Shown: positions 5,619 through 12,121 of the stretch, in pieces
How the letters are laid out: every line of letters starts with the position of its first letter
Numbering within the stretch: position 1 is the first letter of the stretch
DNA from: a virus
Length of the DNA: 31,921 nucleotides
Reading direction: 5' to 3' (one strand)
Virus record (IMG/VR): IMGVR_UViG_3300017779_000074
The notes under the pieces: model-generated
Told to the model about the DNA's origin: nothing
The model's input: only the letters and a program-made list of their open reading frames with translations
The model's database searches: none
Position numbers and translations under genes: made by a program

Positions 5619-6207
5619 GAAAATAGCAACAGCACGAACTAAGCTACAATCTATGCCGCTAAAGAAATCAGGGCATAATAAGTTTGCAGGGTACAACTAC
5701 TTCGAGCTAGGTGACTTCTTGCCAGCTTGTAACGATATATTCGCAGAGCTAGGCTTATGCGATGTTATTAGCTTCGGCACTGAGTTAGCTACACTTACTG
5801 TATACGATACTGAGACTAGCGAGAGCGTAGTATTCAGCTCACCAATGGCATCAGCCAACTTAAAAGGCTGTCACGATATTCAAAATCTTGGCGCGAGCCA
5901 GACCTACCTACGCAGATACTTATGGCAAACCACTATGGGTATGGTTGAGCACGATGCGTTAGACGCTTCTAAGCCCGACCAGCCAAGCCGCGAGGAGATA
6001 TGCGCCAAAGCAGTAGAAGCTCATATTGATTCTCTACAGTACATTCGCAAAATGTTAAGTGACGCTACATCTGAAAATGTTGCACTGGCTAAAGAAGCGT
6101 TCGGTGAGATACCCGATACAGATCAGAGAGCTATGTGGGTTGCTCCAACTAAATGCTCTACTGCATTCCTAACAACTGAGGAGCGTAGACTGCTTAAAGG
6201 CGCGTGA
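5605..6207 (+). CDS. erf: ERF-family single-strand annealing recombinase (200 aa)
   Basis: KKSGHNKFAGYNYFELGDFLPACNDIFAELGL and GASQTYLRRYLWQTTMGM align by eye with P22 Erf (NQYNSFGKYKYRSCEDIL...GL and GATSSYARKYCLNGLFGI). RBS is GGGAG. Confidence 0.8.
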   Translation: MTIYKKIATARTKLQSMPLKKSGHNKFAGYNYFELGDFLPACNDIFAELGLCDVISFGTELATLTVYDTETSESVVFSSPMASANLKGCHDIQNLGASQTYLRRYLWQTTMGMVEHDALDASKPDQPSREEICAKAVEAHIDSLQYIRKMLSDATSENVALAKEAFGEIPDTDQRAMWVAPTKCSTAFLTTEERRLLKGA

Positions 6208-6428
6208 GAATATCTGACAGATTAAAGATGAGGATAGTTAAGATGCTGCACTTTACTCAGTTAAACTACTCTGAAATATCACGCTCGCTAGGTGTCCGTA
6301 GGGAAGTGGTTTATAAGATCGCTAAAGAAGTAAAAGACGATAAGCCGCTAACTGATGATGAGCTGGCTTGCACTAGCGTAACGCAGGGCTTTATGAATTA
6401 CTTAGCGAGGAATGACGATGGACGATGA
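6204..6428 (+). CDS. Small HTH DNA-binding protein (74 aa)
   Basis: GTG start overlapping the erf stop. The HTH-like segment is LNYSEISRSLGVRREVVYKIAKEV. Confidence 0.55.
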   Translation: MRISDRLKMRIVKMLHFTQLNYSEISRSLGVRREVVYKIAKEVKDDKPLTDDELACTSVTQGFMNYLARNDDGR

Positions 6429-6504
6429 GGAATGGTTAGAGATTATCGCAGCTTTAGTAATAATTGGTTTCGGGTTTATTTTTATAATACAAACTACACA
6501 TTAA
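6418..6504 (+). CDS. Small single-pass membrane peptide (28 aa), not in the ORF track
   Basis: MDDEEWLEIIAALVIIGFGFIFIIQTTH. Its ATG overlaps the end of the upstream gene. Confidence 0.4.
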   Translation: MDDEEWLEIIAALVIIGFGFIFIIQTTH

Positions 6505-6514
6505 GGAGAGAAAG

Positions 6515-6697
6515 ATGAAAGAAGAAAATTCAGTTTATATAGCGTTAGCACTTATGTTTGTTTCAGTAGGGGCTTGGTTCACACACATTATCCACTGTCT
6601 TATCCACGCTAAGTATTTGTTGTTGATTGCTGGCGCGTTTATGTTCCCTGTTGGGATTATCCACGGTGTAGGTATTTGGTTTGGGGTTAGCTGGTAA
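6515..6697 (+). CDS. Two-pass membrane protein (60 aa)
   Basis: Strong RBS AAGGAGAG. Two hydrophobic spans: VYIALALMFVSVGAWFTHII and LLLIAGAFMFPVGIIHGVGIWF. Confidence 0.7.
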   Translation: MKEENSVYIALALMFVSVGAWFTHIIHCLIHAKYLLLIAGAFMFPVGIIHGVGIWFGVSW

Positions 6698-6927
6698 TGC
6701 AAAAAGAGATGGTTTCTCTAATAGATCGCAGGTCAGTATTTGCCGATGGTAAAGAAATAGCAGAGGCTCTTATCGACCTGTACCATAACTCAGAGGAAGA
6801 AATTTCAACTTTTCATAGGTATCTTTTAGCAGAAGCGGCTATGCACATAAAAGGGCTGCAAGATGAGCACGAAAAATGCTTAGAGATATTTTCTAAATTA
6901 AATGGGGGGTATAGCGGTGGGTACTAA
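6697..6927 (+). CDS. Hypothetical protein (76 aa)
   Basis: TAATG coupling to the upstream gene. Confidence 0.65.
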   Translation: MQKEMVSLIDRRSVFADGKEIAEALIDLYHNSEEEISTFHRYLLAEAAMHIKGLQDEHEKCLEIFSKLNGGYSGGY

Positions 6928-7018
6928 AGGCATAGACCAAAGACCTTATGATCGAGATAAATTTAATAATAACTTTGATGCCATTTTTGGCAAAAAAGAA
7001 GAAAAAAAGAGGAGGTGA
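6917..7018 (+). CDS. Small basic peptide (33 aa), not in the ORF track
   Basis: GTG at 6917 lies 7 nt after GGGGGG. Sequence MGTKGIDQRPYDRDKFNNNFDAIFGKKEEKKRR. It fills the gap before the next gene. Confidence 0.35.
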   Translation: MGTKGIDQRPYDRDKFNNNFDAIFGKKEEKKRR

Positions 7019-7021
7019 AGG

Positions 7022-7225
7022 TTGAACGAAGAACATCTGGAGGAAGGCGATCTTATGATCGCGATAAAAAAGTCACCTGATAATGAGTCATTTTTTCTAC
7101 TCATATCGACCGACCAAACAACAAGTATTTTTGATGTCGGTGACAAAACTGATTTAAGGGCGCTCGGTGAGTTGTTCCTTGAAACAAGAAATTCAATTAT
7201 TGATCTAACAAGGGAGTTACATTAA
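7022..7225 (+). CDS. Hypothetical acidic protein (67 aa)
   Basis: TTG start 5 nt after GGAGGTGA. Confidence 0.6.
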   Translation: MNEEHLEEGDLMIAIKKSPDNESFFLLISTDQTTSIFDVGDKTDLRALGELFLETRNSIIDLTRELH

Positions 7226-7476
7226 TGAATAATCCAAGCCAGTACGACTTGATAAAAGACCACTTAGAATCAGGCAAGACTCTAACAAGATTAGAGGCTC
7301 TGAGCGATTTAGGTATTATGAATCCGACCGCACGAATATCAGAACTAAGGGCAGATGGAATCCCCGTAGAGACAAGAATGGTCGGTGTCTACAACAGATG
7401 GGACGCAAAGGTTAAGGTTGCTCAGTGGTTTATACCTGAGCAGGAAAGCCCTTTATTTAGACGTAATCGCAGCTAG
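7225..7476 (+). CDS. Winged-helix/HTH DNA-binding protein (83 aa)
   Basis: GKTLTRLEALSDLGIMNPTARISELRADGIPV resembles, from memory, the small phage HTH family with L..ARI.ELR..G. TAATG coupling. Confidence 0.55.
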   Translation: MNNPSQYDLIKDHLESGKTLTRLEALSDLGIMNPTARISELRADGIPVETRMVGVYNRWDAKVKVAQWFIPEQESPLFRRNRS

Positions 7477-7593
7477 GCAGCACTTCCTTGCGCTGCTGCT
7501 GGTCAGCGTTACCTAGCAACCAGCAAACTTTAAACTTAAAATCACTTTCAAATTTGAGAGTTATTTTCCACCTTGACTAAAGAGAGTATAACT

Positions 7594-7872
7594 ATGCAAT
7601 ACGATGACAATAACAAAGGCGCACTATGGCCAGCAAAAGACCGAGCTTCTGATAAACACCCACATTTCACTGGTAAAGCTATGGTGGGCGGGGTTGAGTA
7701 TTATGTTTCAGGTTGGAAGCGCGACCCTAACGGCAATCCAAAAGCGCCCTCGGTTAAGTTTAGCTTTAAGGCGGTAGATGAAGTGAAGGCGCAAACTATG
7801 CAGCAAGTGCCACAACAAACGCAGCCAGCTCAGGCAGCACCGATTGACTTTGATGATGATATTCCATTTTAG
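7594..7872 (+). CDS. Short ssDNA-binding-like protein carrying the bacterial SSB C-terminal tail (92 aa)
   Basis: ATG at 7594 lies 7 nt after AAAGAGAG; the ORF-track TTG at 7573 has no RBS. The C-terminus APIDFDDDIPF ends with the same 8 residues as E. coli SSB. A Gln/Pro-rich linker precedes it. Confidence 0.6.
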   Translation: MQYDDNNKGALWPAKDRASDKHPHFTGKAMVGGVEYYVSGWKRDPNGNPKAPSVKFSFKAVDEVKAQTMQQVPQQTQPAQAAPIDFDDDIPF

Positions 7873-7881
7873 GGATTAGTT

Positions 7882-8250
7882 ATGAAATATACAGCTCAGG
7901 CAACAACAGGTATTACAGGCGCACCCGCTGGAATGTATGGCGATTTGCGAGTGGACTCTTTGGGGACAGGCGATAAGTTTGACCCTTGGAAAATACAAAC
8001 CTCAATGTTTGGTGAAAAAATGAGGCTGTCTGAAGTCAGAGATAACATCAGAGATTTCCATAGGTTAAACGCCTATGGGACTCTTGTTATGTTTGCACTA
8101 AGGAATGGATTTACCGAAGACCAATTGTGCAGGGTTGCAGATAACAAAAAGAATATCTGTTATGACCTGTACTGCGGTGATGTCATTTTTAGAAAGTTGA
8201 ATGACCGCCACTATAAACGCAAAGCAAAGAAGGTGCGTAAAGGTGCGTGA
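7882..8250 (+). CDS. Hypothetical protein (122 aa)
   Basis: ATG preceded by AGGGA. Basic C-terminus. Confidence 0.7.
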   Translation: MKYTAQATTGITGAPAGMYGDLRVDSLGTGDKFDPWKIQTSMFGEKMRLSEVRDNIRDFHRLNAYGTLVMFALRNGFTEDQLCRVADNKKNICYDLYCGDVIFRKLNDRHYKRKAKKVRKGA

Positions 8251-8704
8251 ATTTATAATTAACCCAGCTAACCAAGATACTGTTGATGATTTTGTTAGCT
8301 ATTTAGATGAGACTCTGCAAGGTGGTGGCTTATTCAAAGTCACCATCAAGCAAGTTAAAGACAGGTCGCTGTCACAAAATGCTTTACTCCACATATGGTT
8401 TAGAGAGTACGCAGCAATGCGCCTTAATAAGCCCCTCAAGAAGATTACTCAAGACGATACCGATTCTATTAAGTTACTTGTCAAACAAGCCTGTTACGGT
8501 GATATGAAGTACGACTGGCTATGCCAGCGTGTGACTAATATAGATACTGGCGTCTCAGCTTTTGTTTTAAGGTCTACCAGTAGATATGACAAGGGCGAGA
8601 TGTTTATGTTTATGGAGTGGTTTCAAGCGTTCGCAGCACAAAAAGGTTTATTACTTGAATCAATGGGTGAATTCGGGAGATTAAAAGATGAAACCAACCA
8701 ATAG
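8201..8704 (+). CDS. ninB: NinB/Orf-family recombination mediator
   Basis: RSLSQNALLHIWF and STSRYDKGEMFMFMEWFQAFAAQKG align by eye with lambda Orf (RSLDQNRKLWA and STSRMRVGEFAELLELIQAFG). The true start may be the GTG at 8243, which overlaps the upstream stop. Confidence 0.75.
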   Translation: MTATINAKQRRCVKVREFIINPANQDTVDDFVSYLDETLQGGGLFKVTIKQVKDRSLSQNALLHIWFREYAAMRLNKPLKKITQDDTDSIKLLVKQACYGDMKYDWLCQRVTNIDTGVSAFVLRSTSRYDKGEMFMFMEWFQAFAAQKGLLLESMGEFGRLKDETNQ

Positions 8705-8867
8705 AGATAGATGTGAAAGTTATAAAGATATTTGCGAGGTCAGGTTCTTACTTTATATGGCGTACCAGTGCGATAGTGTGACAGAAAAGAAGAAGTTAAT
8801 TGATGACGCGATGATTAAGATTGACTCTTACATATGGGAAGATTTTGCGGAGTATCGTACTAAATGA
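8688..8867 (+). CDS. Hypothetical protein (59 aa), just below the ORF-track cutoff
   Basis: MKPTNRDRCESYKDICEVRFLLYMAYQCDSVTEKKKLIDDAMIKIDSYIWEDFAEYRTK. It is coupled at both ends by overlaps (ATGA with the next gene). Confidence 0.5.
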   Translation: MKPTNRDRCESYKDICEVRFLLYMAYQCDSVTEKKKLIDDAMIKIDSYIWEDFAEYRTK

Positions 8868-9292
8868 GATACGCCAGCCACTATAAAGACGACCCTAACG
8901 AAGATAGAATAATCGCTCACGCCTGTAGGGCTTGGAAGTGCCAAGCAAAGAAAATCCCGCCGCATTACGTTCTAGACTTCGCTATGTTGCGTAAAGGTCA
9001 GATAGTCGGCTTTGTTGAGGTTAAGAAGCGACACTTCCACTACGATAAATTCCCGACAACAATCATTCCATTCAATAAGATAATAAAGGCTAAAGATATG
9101 CTCAGGTTCGGCTATCCGTCATTCTTTATGGTTGAGTGGAACGATAGAATAGGCTGGGTGAGCTTAGACAGTAAGCCCGACAAGATAACCGTGGAAGGCC
9201 GTACAGATCGAGGCAGACCCGATGACATACAGCCTATGGCGCATTACAGTATAGACCAGTTTACTTTTCTGAACTGCCAGCCAACTGATTAG
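8864..9292 (+). CDS. PD-(D/E)XK-type nuclease (142 aa), possible junction resolvase
   Basis: LDF...GQIVGFVEVKKR gives a D ... E-x-K motif with typical spacing. It is the last gene of a nin-like recombination block. Confidence 0.5.
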   Translation: MRYASHYKDDPNEDRIIAHACRAWKCQAKKIPPHYVLDFAMLRKGQIVGFVEVKKRHFHYDKFPTTIIPFNKIIKAKDMLRFGYPSFFMVEWNDRIGWVSLDSKPDKITVEGRTDRGRPDDIQPMAHYSIDQFTFLNCQPTD

Positions 9293-9683
9293 CAACATCA
9301 ATAGCTCGCTGACCTACTTGGTCGGCGTATCGGCTATTAAGTAACTCACTTCCCGCTAAATCGAATTCACCTTCCTCAATGTAAGCGATGGTCTTTTTAA
9401 ATTGCTTAAACTTCGACAACCCCATATTAAATACTAGGTTGATGATCGCCTCTTTACGCTCTGGCGACAATTCAGCAAACCACTCAAAGTTAGACCAGCA
9501 CTGCCCAGCTACGCGAGCTATATCATTCTCTAACAGGTAGGTGGCTTCCTCTTTTGATATACCGACATCATCAAGGTTGCGACCGACACCGATAGTCAGC
9601 TTATCAGCAGTACACTTATAAGGCTCTAACTTTAAACCTTCGTGAATTATTAGTTGTTTAGTTAGTCGTTCTTTATTAATCAA
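9261..9683 (-). CDS. Endolysin, T4-type lysozyme (GH24)
   Basis: IHEGLKLEPYKCTADKLTIGVGRNL matches the E-x8-(D/C)-x5-T catalytic pattern of T4/P21-type lysozymes. There is no N-terminal TM. The likely start is the TTG at 9683, 8 nt after GGGAG; the ORF-track start is the TTG at 9698. Confidence 0.85.
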   Translation of the reverse strand: MINKERLTKQLIIHEGLKLEPYKCTADKLTIGVGRNLDDVGISKEEATYLLENDIARVAGQCWSNFEWFAELSPERKEAIINLVFNMGLSKFKQFKKTIAYIEEGEFDLAGSELLNSRYADQVGQRAIDVANQLAGSSEK

Positions 9684-9687
9684 TGGA

Positions 9688-9721
9688 AAAGCTCCCAAAA
9701 TCTAATAGAAAAGCTCCCAAA
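9688..9721 (-). promoter_or_regulatory. Two tandem copies (22-bp spacing) of the conserved 12-mer TTTGGGAGCTTT between holin and endolysin
   Basis: aaagctcccaaa at 9688..9699 and 9710..9721. The proximal copy supplies the endolysin SD; the distal one has no ORF to serve. Confidence 0.6.
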
Positions 9722-9723
9722 AA

Positions 9724-10203
9724 TTAGGAATCTTCTTTTTTGTGACTTGCGCCAAAGTAAAATGAAGTAATTGCCGAAACAACACCGCCCATATAGCCTA
9801 AAACAAGGCTAACAATAGTATCGCTATTAGCGTCAGGAGGCTGAATAGTAACAAGAAAGATATAACCCACAAAACCAACAAGGGAAATAAGGGCAACAAT
9901 TCTAGGTGTCCAATCGCCTTTGTGGGCTTTTCTTGCGTCTTGTATATCTTTCGCTTCCAGTGCAAAGATGTCAACTTCCAACTCAGCCATTTTAGTTTCA
10001 AAATCAAGCTCCGCTTTTTTAACTTCGACAAGTTGCTCTGGTGACGCAGTTTGTAACGCCTTTTCAATACTTTTAGGGTCATTACTACAACCTAAAGCCT
10101 TAGCAATAGCAGATGCAGCAGCACCACCTAAAGGGCTACCTAGCGCAGTGCCAAGAACAGGCGCAACAGCACCAATAATTCCCTTAATTGCTCCAAAATT
10201 CAT
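9724..10203 (-). CDS. Putative holin (159 aa, three hydrophobic segments)
   Basis: A Gly/Ala-rich N-terminal hydrophobic segment, a central charged helix, and two C-terminal TM spans (IVALISLVGFVGYIFLVTI and IVSLVLGYMGGVVSAITSFYF). It lies immediately upstream of the endolysin. Confidence 0.55.
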   Translation of the reverse strand: MNFGAIKGIIGAVAPVLGTALGSPLGGAAASAIAKALGCSNDPKSIEKALQTASPEQLVEVKKAELDFETKMAELEVDIFALEAKDIQDARKAHKGDWTPRIVALISLVGFVGYIFLVTIQPPDANSDTIVSLVLGYMGGVVSAITSFYFGASHKKEDS

Positions 10204-10298
10204 TTCTTTTTAGCCTTCTTCATTGGTTTAGCTTTCTTTTTCTTTGGCGCTGGTGGGCGGCCAACCTTAGAACCGTATGTACCTTTACCTTGTGGCAT
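10200..10298 (-). CDS. Very basic 32-aa peptide with a GRP (AT-hook-like) core, not in the ORF track
   Basis: MPQGKGTYGSKVGRPPAPKKKKAKPMKKAKKK. TAATG couples it upstream, and its TGA overlaps the holin ATG. Confidence 0.45.
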   Translation of the reverse strand: MPQGKGTYGSKVGRPPAPKKKKAKPMKKAKKK

Positions 10299-10501
10299 TA
10301 CTCTATCTCCTCAATCTCAGTATTACTAATAATTAATGTTGTTTTAGCCCATTCCATAGCGCCTACAATCTCACCGTAGGTTAATAGTCCCTGCTCTGCG
10401 TATTCGTCAATCAACGCAATTATATCGTTATAGAAGTCATCTGTAGCTGCATTTCGGTAGCTATAGTTATTATGCTGTGTTAAATCTTTGACATCGGACA
10501 T
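10298..10501 (-). CDS. Hypothetical acidic protein (67 aa)
   Basis: TAATG coupling to the upstream gene. Acidic composition. Confidence 0.65.
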   Translation of the reverse strand: MSDVKDLTQHNNYSYRNAATDDFYNDIIALIDEYAEQGLLTYGEIVGAMEWAKTTLIISNTEIEEIE

Positions 10502-11655
10502 TATAACCTCTCAGTTGACCGCCTTACCTCACCCTTCTCTTTATCTAGGACAAGTAAGCACATTGATTGTCCACTTACATAGCCGCTAGAATCGTGCCAA
10601 GCATCAGATGGCGGTAGACCTGCAAAGCTCTCGGTTACTGTTTGCCCATAGGTTTCGCGGCTAATTTGCTTACTGTGTATGTGGCCGTGCCAACACATTC
10701 TATGCGTGCTTGCCCCCCACTCCTCTGGGTATCTGGCTGCAAAATACTCAGCCATTTTAGCGTGTTTAATAGTGTCACCGTGAGTAACCATAAAGGCTGT
10801 TTTGCCGTGTTGGTACACCCAGCATACAGCAGGTGACATTTCTATTGTAACTCTTTTATTGTTGCGCCAATAGGCTTGTTGTTGAGCCTTGAGAGCCATA
10901 GAGGTAATCGCATCGTGATTTCCGCGACAGTGACGCACTATAACCTTGTTAAAACGCTTTAGAGCCTCCTCTACGATAAAGGACATAACTTCAAGCCCTA
11001 TTAGGAAAACGTGCTCCAGGCGGCCATCAGTGTCCAGTGGAGTGCCTTTAGTGGTTGTTCCTGTGTAAGTATCGGCGTGGTAGTAATCGCCTAGCTGATT
11101 AATTACGATTGTGTCGCATTCGGGCGCATTGTTCATTAGACGCATAAATACTTCTTTGTGGCGGCTTGCAGCAATCTTACAGTCGTAATTATCACCAGAG
11201 ATGTCATCGTGAGCCAGCATACCAAAGTGAGCATCACCGATATTGACTACAGCAAGCTCTTGATCTTTTAGCTTTTTCTTTGGTTTAGGTATATTAGGTG
11301 ATTTGTTTTTGTGATCTTCTAGGAACTCATCGAGCGCGTTTTTAATGCTTTGTATCTGATCTTCTTGCTTTAAGTTGGTCTTGACCCACTGGGCTTTGAC
11401 CTGACCATCTTCTGAATAGAGTGTTGAAGTGCCTTTGACTAGGTGGGTAGATGGAGCAGTGTGAATCATATCGTGGTTAGGTGAGTAGCCTTGACCTGCT
11501 GCTCTCCTTACTACTATGCGCTTGTGGGATTGAACGGCAGACCTTGTAACACCTAGTATTGCTGCGCTCTTGTTCTCTGATACGCCTTCGAGATATAACT
11601 TTATTACTTCGCGCTGCTTGTCCGTAGTGCAGTAATCTAATAGCTTCTTTTCCAT
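10501..11655 (-). CDS. Fusion of a sigma70-region-4/LuxR-type HTH and a calcineurin-like metallophosphoesterase (384 aa)
   Basis: The N-terminus TDKQREVIKLYLEGVSENKSAAILGVTRSAVQSHKRIV is HTH-like. The phosphoesterase motifs occur in order: GDAHFG, LGDYYH, GNHD, THGD, HGHIH. RBS is GGGGGGAG. Confidence 0.75.
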   Translation of the reverse strand: MEKKLLDYCTTDKQREVIKLYLEGVSENKSAAILGVTRSAVQSHKRIVVRRAAGQGYSPNHDMIHTAPSTHLVKGTSTLYSEDGQVKAQWVKTNLKQEDQIQSIKNALDEFLEDHKNKSPNIPKPKKKLKDQELAVVNIGDAHFGMLAHDDISGDNYDCKIAASRHKEVFMRLMNNAPECDTIVINQLGDYYHADTYTGTTTKGTPLDTDGRLEHVFLIGLEVMSFIVEEALKRFNKVIVRHCRGNHDAITSMALKAQQQAYWRNNKRVTIEMSPAVCWVYQHGKTAFMVTHGDTIKHAKMAEYFAARYPEEWGASTHRMCWHGHIHSKQISRETYGQTVTESFAGLPPSDAWHDSSGYVSGQSMCLLVLDKEKGEVRRSTERL

Positions 11656-11682
11656 AACTCCCCCCTTGGGATTGCTTAAAGA

Positions 11683-11946
11683 TTATTTCTTTTTAGACTT
11701 CTTAGCTATATCTGCATCAGCCTTTCTAGCGCCACCCTTACCTGATACAAAACTATTAACTCTGCCCATAGCCCAAGCTGACATAGGTACATTGCGAGAG
11801 CCACCAGAAAGATATGCGCCTTGACCTCTACGATAAACCTTCTCTAGCTGGCTGGGGGTAAACTTTGAACCCTCTGCCTTTTTCTTTAGAGTTGCTTTAA
11901 CGCTTGCGCTTAGTGGTTTTCTTGGCGGTGCTTTTTTTGCTGCCAT
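11683..11946 (-). CDS. Lysine-rich basic protein (87 aa)
   Basis: ORF-track frame 11683..11970. I prefer the ATG at 11946 (MAAKKAPPRKPL...). The conserved-looking core is EKVYRRGQGAYLSGGSRNVPMSAWAMGRVNSFV. Confidence 0.6.
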   Translation of the reverse strand: MAAKKAPPRKPLSASVKATLKKKAEGSKFTPSQLEKVYRRGQGAYLSGGSRNVPMSAWAMGRVNSFVSGKGGARKADADIAKKSKKK

Positions 11947-12121
11947 CTTTTCCAGTCCTCGATTTCTCAACTGCTTTTAGGTCAATGTATTCACCAGCAG
12001 CATATTTTTTAGCAGTGCGTTTAATTTCTGCGGCCTTCTTGGCTTTATTCTTAGCACCTGACAGGTACTTTTTAGCAACGCCTGTTTTTTTATCTTTTGC
12101 TACTTTTCTGAATTTAGCCAT
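11897..12121 (-). CDS. Lysine-rich basic protein (74 aa)
   Basis: The ATG at 12121 overlaps the upstream TGA (TGATG). Sequence MAKFRKVAKDKKTGVAKKYLSGAKNKAKKAAEIKRTAKK.... Its 3' end overlaps the next gene by 50 nt. Confidence 0.55.
   Translation of the reverse strand: MAKFRKVAKDKKTGVAKKYLSGAKNKAKKAAEIKRTAKKYAAGEYIDLKAVEKSRTGKDGSKKSTAKKTTKRKR

Noticed and set aside
5241-8250. Longer N-terminal extensions offered by the ORF track (5241, 7573 and, on the minus strand, 942, 1403, 1566, 1811, 1978, 11970, 12127, 14089, 9698)
   Set aside because: Internal starts have Shine-Dalgarno sequences or start/stop coupling, and the extensions overlap upstream genes. The start at 8201 versus 8243 for ninB is left open.
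8231-8250. Short direct repeat AAGGTGCGT x2 at the 7882..8250 / ninB junction
   Set aside because: Only 9 bp occurs twice. It is most simply a coding coincidence around overlapping stop and start signals.
2742-8507. Antisense or alternative-frame ORFs in the rightward arm (2742..2969, 3395..3631, 3415..3600, 4160..4387, 4206..4403, 5387..5590, 6946..7146, 8307..8507)
   Set aside because: Each lies inside or opposite a better-supported gene and lacks an RBS. The two at 4160..4403 are artefacts of the iteron repeats read on the other strand.
9798-10082. 94-aa same-strand ORF embedded in the holin gene, considered as an Rz1-like embedded o-spanin
   Set aside because: It has no Cys at all, so there is no lipobox, and no signal peptide. 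Its hydrophobic tail is simply the holin TM region read in another frame.
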